NCBI RefSeq assembly: GCF_006345805.1 | Contig: NC_043003.1 | Location: forward strand, 79,856,001-79,920,000 | Reading direction: 5' to 3' | DNA: 64,000 nucleotides | From: Octopus sinensis | Taxonomy: Eukaryota | Notes under the pieces: model-generated | Database searches by the model: none | What the model saw: the letters and a program-made list of their open reading frames with translations, nothing else | What the model was told of the DNA's origin: nothing | Position numbers and translations under genes: made by a program | Shown: one piece after another, positions 1 to 13,385 of the stretch | Numbering within the stretch: the stretch's first letter is position 1 | How the letters are laid out: every line of letters starts with the position of its first letter

Positions 1-154
1 AAATTCTGTAATTGTAGACTTCAATCAGTGCGAAGTTATCTGTATGCGAGTAATTTTTTGTAGTTAGAAACACGTAAAACTAATTAATCAAGTTAAATGT
101 ATTTTTTTCTCGGTGTGAGCTGAGGCCTACATGCATCCACAGTAGATAATGGCT

Positions 155-343
155 TCAAATTTTGGCACAAAGCTAGCAATTGTAGGGAGGTTTTAAGTTG
201 ATTTCATCTGGTACTTATTTCATCGACCACGAAATTACGACAAAGTCAACGTCGGCGGAATTTGAACCCCAGACGTAAAGTTAAATGAAATGCCTCTAAG
301 AATTTTGTCCGGCATTCTAATGATTCTACCATATCATCGTCTT
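155..343 (-). mobile_element. tRNA-derived SINE, family B (degenerate)
   Basis: Reverse complement of the family B pattern (ggaatttgaac B-box-like motif, gtacttatttcatcgac, tail ttttggcacaaagc) shared with better copies at 29555, 34895, 46533. Confidence 0.75.
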
Positions 344-799
344 AGCCGCAGTGAACAAGAGTTTAAAATTTCGACCCCGAATGGATGACAGGTAGCAGGA
401 CATTTCCGGCAAATCGCCACCTTAGTTTATGAGTATGTTGCAAATTTTCCATCTTAACTATTTCTATGAATTATTGTCTCAAGATTGATTGTATCCAATG
501 TTTACGGAGGACATCAAATTTGTTGCGATTACAAGCTAAAATGTATTACTGGATTAGAAAGTTGCTGGTTCCACAATAGACATGTCAAGTTCTAATTTCA
601 CCTTGAAGTTGGCAGCGATCTAAGCCATGCAATTTGGGAAAGAACTCGGACAAAAATATCTACATTACAGCTGTAAATATTGCTTCCCAGGTTTGGAAGA
701 CTGTCTACCGCAGATTATCAAATTCAGTTTAAATGTTGGATATAGTGATTAAAATGAGGGCATATCTTGGCTTTTCCTTAGCTGATACGAAGGCAATAT

Positions 800-931
800 T
801 TATCAATCTCGAAAGGATGAAAGGCAAAGTCAACCACGGTGGAATTTGAACTCAGAACGCAAAGACGGACGAAATACTGCTGAGCGGTATTTCGCCCGGC
901 TTGCTAGCGATTCTCCGAGCTCGTTACCTTA
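800..931 (-). mobile_element. SINE family B, 5' part
   Basis: gaaaggatgaaaggcaaagtcaac...ggaatttgaactcagaacg...tttcgcccggc matches family B on the minus strand. Confidence 0.8.
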
Positions 932-949
932 ATAACAAGAATAAGAATA

Positions 950-2400
950 AGACAGACCTAGATTCTCTGATCCAGACAGTGAAAGTATTTGGTAAAGATA
1001 CTGGAATACAGGTTGCGGTAGATAAATGCTAAGTGCTAATTATGAAGTGAGGTCGGAAGGTAAATTCTGATGACATAAAATTACCTCAAGGCAGTATCAT
1101 TAGATCAGTAGTGAATAATTAGGGATATAAATACCTAGAAGTGCTGCAAGACGATAGGATAATGGAAGGAGAACTGAGGGAGAAAGTCACTAAAGAATAC
1201 AAGAGGTAAATTAGGAAGGTGCTCGAAATAAAATTAAATGGTGGGAACATCATTATAGCCACAAATTCATGGGTTATGTTAGTATTAAGATATTCTGCTC
1301 CATTTCTGAAGTGGATCATGGTTGAGCTGCATAACTTCAATAGAAGAGCTAGAAAGCTACTCAAAATGCGCACTCTTTTCCATCCTAAAAGTAATACTGA
1401 CTGACTCTACCAAAAAAGCAAGGTGGTAGGGGATTTCTAAGCGTAAAAGACACTGTTAGTACTGCGGTACTAGATCTGAAAAATTATGCTGTGCAGAGTA
1501 AAGAAGGAATACTTTCGGCAGCCGGAGACACTTAAAAAGTGATTGAAACAATAGAAGAATTCGTGTAGGAGAAATGAAGTACAATAGAACAAACAAATGC
1601 AAAGAAATGGAATTACACGGATAATTCATGCAACAAATCGAGAATGTTGGAAGTAAAGATCGTTGGGTTTGGTTGACGGGTGGGAACTTGAAACGAGAGA
1701 CAGAAACGCTTATAACCGGTCTGGAACAAGCCTTTAGAAAAAAAATCTGATGACAAAGTTAAATCACAGCAAATGTAGAATCTGCAGGAAAGGATACAAA
1801 AGTATTAATGACATTTTGAGTGAGTGCAGTATACTAGCACAAAACGAGTATAAGCACAGCCGTGACTGTGTAGGCAAAAGAGTGCATTGGTATGTCAGCC
1901 GAGTGTGTTGCTTCAAAACAATAAAAAAGTGGTATGAACATTCACCAGAGGCTGTAACAGAAACTGAGAATTACAAGATCATGTGAGATTTTTCCATAAA
2001 GACTGACCATAATATTGAAGCAAAAATACCAGATATGATTATAGTAGACAAAAAAACCAAAAAAAAAACCAAAAAAAAAATCATAGATTTTGCAATTATC
2101 TATGATAGTAGTTGCCAAAGAAATTGAAAAAAGGTCGAGAAATATCAAGATTTAGTAAGAGAGCTTCGGGGTCTGTGGAAGACCTCGTCACTTTTTAGTC
2201 TTGTAGTAATTGATGCGCTTTGGTACACCATTTAAAATGCTATCGAAAAGACTGAAAGAAATTGGAACTGAAACTCGCATTGTTGCCCAGCAGAAAAATG
2301 CCATCTAATATTCTGCAAGAATCTCAAGACAGATTCTTTAGATTTGAGGAGACTTGTTGTCACCGAAGCTTAAGATAGAATATATGCAAACTATATTAGC
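950..2400 (+). mobile_element. Decayed Dong/R4-clade non-LTR retrotransposon (RT C-terminus, CCHC zinc finger, RLE endonuclease)
   Basis: Translates with stops and frameshifts to YKYLEVLQ, KLNGGNIIIATNSW, FHPKSNTD, CRICRKGYKSINDILSEC..YKHSRDCVGKRVHW, DFSIKTDHNIEAKIPD; followed by an AAC/ATT tract. Confidence 0.85.
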
Positions 2401-2414
2401 ATATACCAGGGAAA

Positions 2415-2466
2415 CAACAACAACAACAAAACATCATCATCATCATTATTATTATTATTATTATTA

Positions 2467-2499
<33 letters not shown>

Positions 2500-2530
2500 C
2501 ATTATTATTATTATTATAATCATCATTATG
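2415..2530. repeat. (AAC)/(CAT)/(ATT)n microsatellite at LINE 3' end
   Basis: Direct reading. Confidence 0.9.
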
Positions 2531-3479
2531 AAAGTATATTAGAGTATAGGTGAAGTTATTCATGTTGAGTCGCTGATTTAAAGTGAATATGTATTAAATA
2601 TTCATTAAACATCTTCGTGAAATATGTTCATACAGAAAAGATAGGGAAAGTTTTTTTTTCTGTATATTTTACATTAAGCCTCATGATTCGATATTATATA
2701 TAAACAAAATTTCACCCACCTCCGCGTGTTCTTAGAAATCTCCTCAAAAGCTTATCTCAACAATCTTTCATGATGAAGAATAATTCAATAGATTAGCTAG
2801 TATGTGCACTGGCATTTTGTGGCTTCAAAGAAACCATTAGATATAATAGTCGTTTGATAACGAATAGGAGTAGCCTTTGGAAGGAAAACAGGGAAGCAGC
2901 CTACCATTTTCTATAAATGTAAGTACACATATTGGTAAAAACCATTCCTTAAGTAGTAAGAACCTAATTTCCTTCCGAAGAGAAACGAAGGTAAAACTTT
3001 AATACATATTCATATAAATATAAGGTACTCAATATCAGTGAAGTTCACACATAGTGTAATAGAGCTGAATATTGATAAAATAAAGATGAATGTTAAACCA
3101 AGGAAAAAAAATTCAAAAGAGAGCGGGAATGCAATTGTATTTCTCAAGGAAACTGTTTTGAAGAATGAGTTCGATAAGTAGTCATTTTCTTTAACATGAA
3201 ATATTCTTATATTTATCACTAATCATAACATAACTATGCATTACACATATTGAAAAGAAAATTAGACTCAGTGGAGTACTGCACCGACATGCGGAACGAT
3301 GCAGCAAATATTCATACACAGACAACCTGAGCCAAAGAAGAGCCGCTCGGCTGATTAGCACTCAGGCGGACCACAAGCTTCTTGTGTCGTTTGTCTGTCA
3401 TTTTTCTAGTTACAATAGTAGTCTGTGCTCCGTTCAGCTAGCTGGTCTCACAAGTGGAGGTCTACTATTTGATTAGCCC

Positions 3480-3640
3480 AACCAACTTTCTCGCTTCTCC
3501 AGCTCTTTGTGCCCTTGGGCATCCAACCACTTCTTTCCTTGTGCTAACTACTTTGTCCCGTCCTTCATCCATAGAACATCGGCCTTCTGGAATCTCCTCA
3601 CCGTTCCTGCAACAGTTGACCTGGATTCAGATTAAGCAGA
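3480..3640 (-). mobile_element. Possible RTE-like LINE 3' remnant
   Basis: Purine-rich minus strand; a fragment GWMPKGTKSWRS..KVGWANQI loosely resembles RTE C-terminal W.P...R..GRP..RW.D.I. Confidence 0.25.
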
Positions 3641-3944
3641 ACATTAATGACTTAATTCTCATCAATTTCTGAAGTTCTGCAAGGGTCACAGACTCTATCT
3701 CTCCCTCTAGATTTAACAAGTGAGAAAAAACCCCCCAAAAGTAAGAGACAAAGATTTCAACACAAATATGCAATTTGAAAAATAATAGCGACCCACATAT
3801 TAAATGAAGAACTTTGAAAAGCGTATTGACTTATAACGAAACAAATGCTATTTTTTCTGGAGATTTATACCTGGTAAAACTTATTGCTTTTGAAAGATTA
3901 AAATAGAATGCTGAGTAATTAGAGAAACACCTTAGCTAAGTGTT

Positions 3945-4017
3945 TTTACTATATTTTCGTGCCGACCAAAGCCTTGTGAGTGGATTCGGCTGATGAACAC
4001 TGAAAGAAAACGTCGCA

Positions 4018-4020
<3 letters not shown>
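3945..4020 (+). mobile_element. SINE family A, partial
   Basis: gccgaccaaagccttgtgagtggatt...ctgaaagaa matches full copies at 23436 and 58086. Confidence 0.8.
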
Positions 4021-4095
<75 letters not shown>

Positions 4096-4120
4096 TACAC
4101 ACACACACACATATATATAT
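4020..4120. repeat. (TA)n/(CA)n microsatellite
   Basis: Direct reading. Confidence 0.95.
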
Positions 4121-4545
4121 ACTCTTCTACTCTTTTACTTGTTTCAGCCATTTGACTGCGGCCATGCTGGAGCACCGCTTTTAGTATATTAGAGCAAGTC
4201 GACCCCAGGACTTTGTAAGCCTATTACTTATTTTATCGGTCTTTTTGCTGAACCGCTCATTTACGGGGACGTAAACACACCAGCATCGGTTGTCAACCGA
4301 TGTTGGAGGGACAAACACAGATACACAAACACACACAAACACACACACATATATATATACACACACACACATATATATACATATATACAATGGGCTTCTT
4401 TTCAGTTTCCGTCTACCAAATCCATTCACAAGGGTTTGGTCGGCCCGAGGCTATAGCAGAAGACACTTGCCTAAGGTGCCACGCAGTAGGACTGAACCCG
4501 GAACAATGTGGTTGGTAAGCAAACTTCTTACCACACAGCCACCCC
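4121..4545 (-). mobile_element. SINE family A, near full length
   Basis: Reverse complement of the family A pattern from actcttttacttgtttcag to ttaccacacagccac, with internal CA/TA tract. Confidence 0.9.
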
Positions 4546-4553
4546 TACACCTA

Positions 4554-4616
<63 letters not shown>

Positions 4617-4619
4617 GCG

Positions 4620-4790
4620 TGTGTGTACAAGGTGCTTCCGCGCAGTTGCCACTTAAATAATTCACTCACAGAAAATTGGTCAGTCCAGCGCTACAATAAA
4701 AGATACTTGCACAAGGTTCCACGAAGCGGGACTAAACCCGGAAAGACATAGCAGCGAAGCGAGTATCCTATCCACACCGCCGCCATGTTT
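4620..4790 (-). mobile_element. SINE family A head, degenerate
   Basis: ttgcacaaggttccacgaagcgggactaaacccggaa resembles the tRNA-like head of family A. Confidence 0.6.
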
Positions 4791-5295
4791 TCGCCTATTT
4801 AGTTATATACACTAGTATCAATTACAGAGGTTAGGTAATGGAGGAAAATTACACATGAAAAGAATACCGAGTTACGAATTCTCTGGATTTTATGATATAA
4901 AAACCTAGCGCTGCGTAGTTATATAAATGATATCAGAGACTGTGATACCAAACATCTAACGTAAGAATTACAAAAAAAAGTATTTATCGAGAAATAGCTA
5001 TATTTAGGTACCTATATGTGGATACGAGTATTTTATGTATCTATCGAACATCTAAACAGTTTTCTTCGTCTGTATTGGTATTCACAAATAGATGATAGAG
5101 ATATAATACTTGATTTGGTTAGGTCCACAGTTTTACAGCAAGTGTAATGAGAGGATACATTCAGTGCATTCATCTTTTTCTATATTTTTCTTCTTCCAGT
5201 TTGTATTCTAATTAGTCACTGTCTACGTTGACATTGAATATATAAGAAAAATAGTTGAATTTATTCTTTCCATATCACCGCTCGTTCGCGCTCCC

Positions 5296-5330
5296 GTATA
5301 TATATATGTATATATATGTATATATATATG

Positions 5331-5419
<89 letters not shown>

Positions 5420-5584
5420 AAGATATATATATATATGTGTACATATACATATGTATACATATATAGATTTATATGTACACACATACATATATAAACACAC
5501 ACACAAGTATATATATATGTGCATATGCATATATATATATATATGTATATATATATACATATATGTTTATGTATATGTATATAT

Positions 5585-5617
<33 letters not shown>

Positions 5618-5651
5618 ATGTATGTATGTACCTGTTTATACGTACGCATAC

Positions 5652-5689
<38 letters not shown>

Positions 5690-5789
5690 GTATCTTTGTG
5701 TATATCCATACCTATACATATGCATATATATATATTTATGTATGTATGTGTATATACATACATATATACATTTATATATATATACATAT

Positions 5790-5852
<63 letters not shown>

Positions 5853-5900
5853 CACTCATATATGCATATATATATATATATATCTATATATATATATACC
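5296..5900. repeat. Long compound (TA)/(TACA)/(CA) microsatellite
   Basis: Direct reading; source of many spurious YI/MCV ORFs. Confidence 0.95.
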
Positions 5901-6336
5901 CAAAACACACAAGTGATGTAGTATTTAATTAACATAAGCATCTATGTATGATACTAAATGTATGCGCACTATCCAGAAGGCAGTTACTCTATTAATTGTC
6001 ATGAGATAGTATCTCTTATGGATTTGTTGAGTTAAAAATGCCAAAACTATTAGAGAGAGAGAGAGAGAGAGAGGGGAGGGGAGAGAGAGTGAAACTGATA
6101 GACAGACTCACAGAGAGACAGCGAGATGAACATTCTTCCCGGCACTGTGCATCGATGACGCCTGGCGCATTTCAGCCTATTTGGGTTCTTTCAATATTGC
6201 GTACACGCTGACAACCACATATTCGAACGAGACTTCGTCGTCTCTGATATTGGAAGCTGAGAATACAACACTGCTGAATATAACAAATCCGCTGTACTTA
6301 ACTGAGGAAATATTTTATTACAAAAATCTGTCTATA

Positions 6337-7226
6337 CGAGGTACCCAAAAGTAACCAGAAACGCCTTCTGTGGGGCAAGTCTGTTGTAGTTCAGGCTTCT
6401 GTCGCTAGAGACCACTTGATGCAACCCTTAGACATCAGTATACCGACCGACACATCACCTGTGATCGTTCTCTCACGTGGCACGTCTTTGCTTTGCAATG
6501 TTTCTAGCCTGTTACTCGATTTTTGTTATGACTGAAATGAAGGAACAGCGTTCTGCCGTGAAATTCGGTTTTCTGCTGGGGAAAACAGTGGTCGAAACAG
6601 TTGTCATGCTTCAAACAGCTTAAACGAACTCTGCTATGAGCAAAACACTTATTTACGAGTGGTTTCCACGCTTTAGGAACGAACCCTTGTCTGTTGATGC
6701 CCAACCGCTTTTAGAACGATCGAACGAATAAAAACATTATGAAAATTTATGAACTGATCTTGGAGGACCGTCATCGAACAATTGACGAACTTATTGATAT
6801 GGCTGGTGTATTCTGGAGCTCCTGCCAACGAATTTAGACCGAAGAATTGCGAATGAAAAGAGCTGCAATAATATTTGTGCCCCGCTTGCTCATGGAAGAT
6901 CAAAAGCAGTCAGGACTGAATGGTTGTCGCGAACTGAAAGAACAATTGAAAGTTGACCCGGTTTCCTTTCGAAGGTCATCACTGGTGACAGAAGCTGGTG
7001 CTACGGAATTTTCAGATGTGGAAAAGGTGAGGAAAAAAACGATGGAGGCGTTAAAAGGCATCACATCGCAAGAGTTCCAGCGCTGCTTTGAACAGTGGAA
7101 AATGCGTCTGGACCGATGCATTGTTTCAAACGGAGAATACTTTGAAGGCGATATAAGTTTAAGCATGTAAAAGTAAATGAATAAAATAACATTGCAAAAT
7201 TCTAGTTTCTTTGGGGTACCCCCTCG
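6337..7226 (+). mobile_element. Mariner DNA transposon, internal-deletion derivative with both TIRs and TA target duplication
   Basis: TA|cgaggtacccaaaagtaaccagaa at left, imperfect inverse ttctagtttctttggggtaccccctcg|TA at right; internal transposase remnant. Confidence 0.85.
6528..7170 (+). pseudogene. Mariner transposase remnant lacking most of the catalytic core
   Basis: MKEQRSAVKFGFLLGKT..IYEWFPRF (HTH), FVPRLL (WVPHEL-equivalent), VITGDRSWCYG joined directly to FSDVEKV..FEQWKMRLDRCIVSNGEYFEGD; stops and frameshifts present. Confidence 0.85.
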
Positions 7227-7334
7227 TATATCATACATAATGCACACACACTATCGTTAGGCTAGTTATTGCAGTATTTTTCCTCGGGTAGCACGCATCT
7301 CTTATGGGCTTGCTGTGCTAAATACACAATAAAT

Positions 7335-7425
7335 AAGATAGAGACAGAGATAGATAGATAGGTAGATAGATAGAGATAGATAGATAGAGATAGATAGATA
7401 GATAGATAGATAGATATATAGATAG

Positions 7426-7488
<63 letters not shown>

Positions 7489-7490
7489 TG
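7335..7490. repeat. (GATA)n/(GA)n/(GACA)n microsatellite
   Basis: Direct reading. Confidence 0.95.
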
Positions 7491-9619
7491 GAAAGAGTCA
7501 AAAATTCGCCCCTGCGAGAGCATCAAATACGTTTAGTGTACGTGCCTTGCTCCGAGAACGTGCATTGAAAAGGTACAAAATGGGGTGTAATGCGTCTGGC
7601 GCTCTCGCTGTGGACTCACACACACACACATACATACATACATACATACATACATACCCACACACATAAATATATACCTATATACATATATGTATACACA
7701 TACAGCTGTCTGTTTATTGGATATTCTTCCAATTTTGTTAGGAATCTGCTTTACTTTGCTTTTATGAATGAAGTTTAATGGAATGACATATAGGGTCCAT
7801 ATGTACATACAAAACACAGACACACACGCACACATAAGAATATGACGCCTAAAATCTGAAATCTATATTCTTATGATTACTACGGAGTAGATACGCCTTC
7901 AAAAAACTGTATTCGAAAATGTAGTTTGTCATAACAATAATAATGTCGTATATTATTACATAATATAATAAAGTAAATTCCTAGATTGTGTCTTCAACAG
8001 ATATCGCACATTGTACATTAGGCTGTTGCCATTTTCATTTATTCTCTAGAAATATATTGTACTCTTATAATACGTCCTATTGCGCATCGATATATTTTAT
8101 GTCACGAAAAGGAAGATAACAATAATCTTATTGGACTTATCTCCCTTGGTTATTATATTAAGGTATTGACAGCAAACTGTGACTGTAAATCTGATTTGTT
8201 GTAAGGGAGGAAAATATAAATAAAACAGACCATAGATCACAAGGTTCCTTTTTGGACTTATAATATTAACTGGTATAAGAAAGGAGCATAGGCATGCGTC
8301 TCAAGATTAAATATTGCGCCTAATAATATCAATCTTCCTTTTACAGACGTCAGTTGCTTGTTATTCATTTACAAACAGCTTGGTCATTCGTTTTCTTTAT
8401 TCATACCGTTGAATATATCTGTATTCACATGTCTTTTTCTCGCGAGTAACTATCTACAGCACAAGCTGAACAAGAAGTAAAAGGAATTTGAAACTGCAGA
8501 AAATAAGTACAACATAGGAAAGATTTATGAGAAATAAATTTTCCCAGCGAACGAAGTCATTAAAGTATTTTTGATTTAAACAGTACCTACAAAGCCTATG
8601 TCAGTTCAGTAGTGTTGCGTGATAATTTATCTGCAATTGACTAAATTTTCAGTTTATGTACTATTAATGCAAATATTGAACCGACCAAGATGTTTTTTAC
8701 CCACGAAATTGTTTAATGTAAAATCTATTGAAACATGTAAATATTTGTATTTAAAAACAAACGTAATTTTCTATCTTTTAAGTTTACTTTATCATTTTCA
8801 ATACATTTGAATAAGATAAATATTGATGGCATGGAAACACTGGTTATAGAAGAATCTCTTGGGACTGACTTATGATATAAACCACTTTAGTCTGTAGTAG
8901 AATGCGACAACGACTGATGACCGAGTTGTTAGAGCCAAAGAATTCACCGACTGGTTGAGAATGACCTCTCCTATTACTCGTATCGCGTTGAGGATTAAGA
9001 TACACAGATCTTAACGACTGAGTTAGAAGTATCGAGAATGATGGAGGTCATCGATCTGAGACGCGACATCATTGTGTAAATGGAGTGTTTGTAATTTATT
9101 ATTCTAAGTTCAGTTGTGTCTGGGGTGAGTCATTTTCTTTTTGTGCCTTATAATGTAACACACTTACCGGTAAAATTATCACTTATTTCTTATTTTTCTT
9201 TTCCTAAAATTTTCGTTGCGTCTTGCAACTTTTTGAAAAGAAAATTACTCTCCCCAGACACAACAGAATATGCTTCAACACACGAACTCATTCATACAAA
9301 GAATCTTGCAAACCAAATCCCAAAACGAGTTCAATTCTTTCGAAAGAGAGGTGTTTATTCCAGTGGAAGGTATATCTTCCATTTACGTAACACCTCAGAT
9401 GTTCAAGTTGCGTGGCGGACATTTATATTGTCCTGATTAGGATACTGTAAGCTAAGTCATACAACATGCCAAGTAGTGGCTATTACATTTTCAGCTATAT
9501 TAATGGTTTCGTTTGGAGAATATAATACTGGTTCAGAATCTCCGTATGCTCCCGCTGAGACTGACATTGTTAATGTTCCTCTTCAACAACTTAAAGTTTT
9601 ACGAACCATGAACAATAAA

Positions 9620-10000
9620 GGAACTGAATGGCTTTAGGTCTCTAGATAAGTAAGGCTGGGTGAAGTGGATAGTGTGGGAACAGGATGAATGGAGGTAGAT
9701 GCTATACGAGTGAAAAAAGGAGAAGGGATGACTGAATCGGGAGTATGCGAGAGGAGATGACATGAGACAAACCAGCGCTGAGGATCGGCGTTTACAATAG
9801 TAGAAGTAGAAAAATTCGGGCTAAGGGATGGAGTGTGTTGCTGATCGAGCGGCTGTGTTTTTGGGTGATAGCTAGGATGTCTCTGTGTAGTGTAGCAGTG
9901 CCGTGCTTGATGTAATGTGAGAGCAACAATCCGCTGAATGAGCCTTGTAAAATACTTAGTAGTTTTGGAGGACTGAAATATTATCTGACATTTAAAAAGA
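9620..10000 (-). mobile_element. CR1/L2-like LINE 3' remnant, highly decayed
   Basis: Minus-strand fragments resembling L..IQK.A.R.I and SL..RR..S.L of CR1-type RT C-termini; similar in character to 39690-40080. Confidence 0.45.
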
Positions 10001-11659
10001 AGTTAGATGTTAGTTCATGTGACATCATTATTCTTGGAGGTTCTAACGTTGGTTGTCTCACATCTATGTTGCTTCATACCAAAGCAAAACTAATGATGGG
10101 GCCAACTTAGTCGCTCGATCTGCTAGAAAGAGTAAATAACTATCCTTCAAATTACACCCTACTGTTTGAAAAAGGGAAACCTGAAATAAGCCAATCATAT
10201 ATACACTATGCTTCTAAAGAAAAGACGAAATGGTCGCGACATGAAATGCTGAGATCTGCTTGATCACTGCTGGCCCAGGGCTGAAGAGGAGCAACAGTAG
10301 CGCATCAACGATGCTGGAATAATCTCGACTAGAAACCCTCATTTGCTGATGATAGTTTTTTTGTTGATCATTTGGTTTAGTTATTAATCAACCATGAGCA
10401 ACATTCTGTTTAACCTACAACCTCAACAGTAAATACTACTACACTTCTTTTCTTTATACTTGATAATTCCAAAAGCTAAACTCCAACCTGACTTGCGCAA
10501 TAACCTCCACGTTTATCTCTAAGAATCTATAAAATTGAAGAGAAGAGAATTCCATAGATGTCGGAAACGTAGAAAAGAAATATTCTTCAAATTTGATCCG
10601 ATAATTTCTATTCAGTAGTGCTTATCAGTTTGTCAATGATCTATACTGGTAGCTTGATTTTACTGAAACATCCACTGATGTAACTGATGATAAAGAAATA
10701 CTAGTGTATGCAACTTTAAAAATATAACCAACTTTTCACAAAGAAAGTTACATAATTGATGAGAGATGCCGTTTTGTCCGGTTCAATACATTATCTCTAA
10801 TCTTTACATGTTAGTTTCTTTGACATAAGAATCATTGTTCAGAGAAATTGCTTGAATTTTTCACATAAATAATATGAAGTATCTTTTATGAAGCTTTTAA
10901 CCCAGCAGAGTGGCTGCACCAATAGCTGACATTGTTGACTGAGTCACGTGACTCTTTCTTAGCTGAGACACTGTAAACAAAGACATATTTCTTTATGTAT
11001 TTTCTTAGCCATAATTCAAAATCGTTCTTGTTTTGCTTTTCTCTATTTATCATTCTACGAGTTTCAATCTTTTCCTTGATGTATGACATGCAATATATTT
11101 TTATGTAATAGTTTCGACATACGAAGATGCATTCTTTCATGAAATCTCGTTCAAACTAAGCTTTGTGTTTTACTTATTACTTCATGCCAATGAATGGTGT
11201 AAGGCTGTTATGAAATAGCTGAACGGTTAACGTATTAGATCACCGGCAAATAATACTCGAGTTCAAATCCATTAAAAACCACATGCTAAAATTGTTGTTA
11301 AAACACTTTATTCTACATTGCTTCAACTCACCTACATATCAGACATACGTCAACCAGTAAAAAAAAAAAACGATAATAGATTTTGATCACCCATTAGCAC
11401 TTTCTGCAGATTACTAAATTTCAAAAGAAATACGATTAAACCTAAACCCCCACCTGATTTAATACTACATCCTGGTACTTAAGTTATTTTACTGGAGTCT
11501 ACACTTTTGAAAACATTCCAGTCGGGTTTTTGTTATGAAGATGGTTTCGTCACACCAGTCTCGGATCTCCTGAAAAAGGGTCTTGGGTATTGCTCTTCCT
11601 CCTCTACCATTAAAAAGGGATTACACTAAAAGTTAGTTAGATATATAAGATATTCAGTC

Positions 11660-11814
11660 GAAGGCGTGGCCGTGTGGTAGAAGCTTGCTCCCCGACCGCA
11701 TAATTCCGAATCCAGCCCCACTGCGTGACTCCTTGGGCAAGTGTCTTCTACTTTAGCCTTAGGTCGACAAAACTTTGTGAGTAGATTTGGTAGACGGAAA
11801 CTGAAAGAAGGCCG

Positions 11815-11818
<4 letters not shown>
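11660..11818 (+). mobile_element. SINE family A, 5' half; degenerate 3' half near 12040-12205
   Basis: ggcgtggccgtgtggtag..ccactgcgtgactccttgggcaagtgtcttcta..gagtagatttggtagacggaaactgaaagaag followed by (TA)n. Confidence 0.8.
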
Positions 11819-11877
<59 letters not shown>

Positions 11878-12274
11878 TTGCGGCCAAAATGTTCAGAACG
11901 GCATTGTTTTCGTCAGAAAAGTAGGTATAAGTTTTTATCAAAGTTGTTTTATATTCTATAATTTTTACAGATAATAGATACGATATGAATTGTTATTGTC
12001 TGAGATTTTGGTGTAATTTGAGAGAATAATACAAAAGTTATTACCGCGCTTGGCAACCGTTATTGTTGTGGTCACTTCCCCGTAACTTGTTCGGCAAAAG
12101 GAAGCAACAGGATAAGTTATGGGGTCAATATATTCGACTAAAATACTTCAAATTGGTGCCCCAGCATAGTCGCAGTTAAATGGCCGATACAGGTAAAAGA
12201 GAAAGGATAAAAGATGCTGTATACAAAAGTTTCAGCATTTTCATATTTTCATAAATCTAGCATCAGGATTTTAA

Positions 12275-12485
12275 TATAACTACAAGGGCCAAACGTTTTC
12301 TGGGAGTGGTATGATGAGATAGTGAATTTAATGGAGGCCCAGTGTTTGATTAACAATCAATTTTATTATCCAAGAGAATAAAAGATAAAGTCCACCTCAG
12401 CGAGATTTGAACTCAGAATGTAAAGGAACGTGACGAAATACCGTGCAGTATTATATTTTGTTCTATGCTTTACCGAAACTGCCTT
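12275..12485 (-). mobile_element. SINE family B, degenerate
   Basis: aaagtccacctcagcgagatttgaactcagaatgtaaag..gacgaaatacc. Confidence 0.6.
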
Positions 12486-13049
12486 CTATCACCGTCGTAT
12501 AGTCAATGATCGCTAATATAAAAACAATGACACAGTTTTGGATGGCTAAATCGCCCCCAGTTCTTGAGTAGTACTTTATTTCATCGAATGAAAGATGAAG
12601 GGCAAAGTCGAAAGCCACCAGAGTGTAAGCAAACATCTAAACCGTTTGACCATTCCTGTGCCATTTTTAAGCATCCCACAATACGTTGGCTAATAAGAGC
12701 TATTAGAGGAATGCAATAAGATTCTCTTATGTAATAACTCAGAATACCTTACTGTACACCTTGGGCTATATTTTTAAAACTGCTTCGTGCCATACAGCCC
12801 ATTGATACAACTATGCCCATTAAGTTTTCTGGTTCCTTTCTACAGCTTCTGTAGCATTCTTGATGAGAAGAAGTTCTAGATTCCTAACCTAAACCGTTTC
12901 TATTTCATGGGGGAAAGGCATCCTGTACAGCATGCCTTAAAACCCTCTTACAGCGCATCGTACCAAGAATAGTACCCCAGTAGTTGGTTGGTGCATTATT
13001 ACCCAATCCCTGCACTATGAAAGGCATTGTCAACCTTGATTGGATTTCA

Positions 13050-13385
13050 GCTCAAAACGCGAGAGCTGGATCAATTACAGCGGCATATTTGCCCAAGGAT
13101 TGGCTTTTATCTTTTCGTGGGTCGATAAAATTAGTACAAGTTGAGCACTATCATTATCTTCTGCCTCAAAATTACTGGCCTTGTGCCAAAATTTGAAACC
13201 GATATTATCTTTCTGTTAAAATGTTTAGCGGCATTTCGTCCGTCTGCACATTCTGAGCACAAATTCCGCCGGGGTTGTCTTCGACTTTCACCGTTTCGGG
13301 GTCACTAAATAATTACCAGTTGAATTCTGGAGTCGATGTCATTAAATCAGCCCCTCCCTCGAAATTACTAGCCTTGTGCTCTGGT
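13050..13385 (+). mobile_element. Two tandem degenerate SINE family B copies
   Basis: gggtcgataaaattagtac..ggccttgtgccaaaatttgaaacc then tttagcggcatttcgtccg..ttctgagcacaaattccgccgg. Confidence 0.7.
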
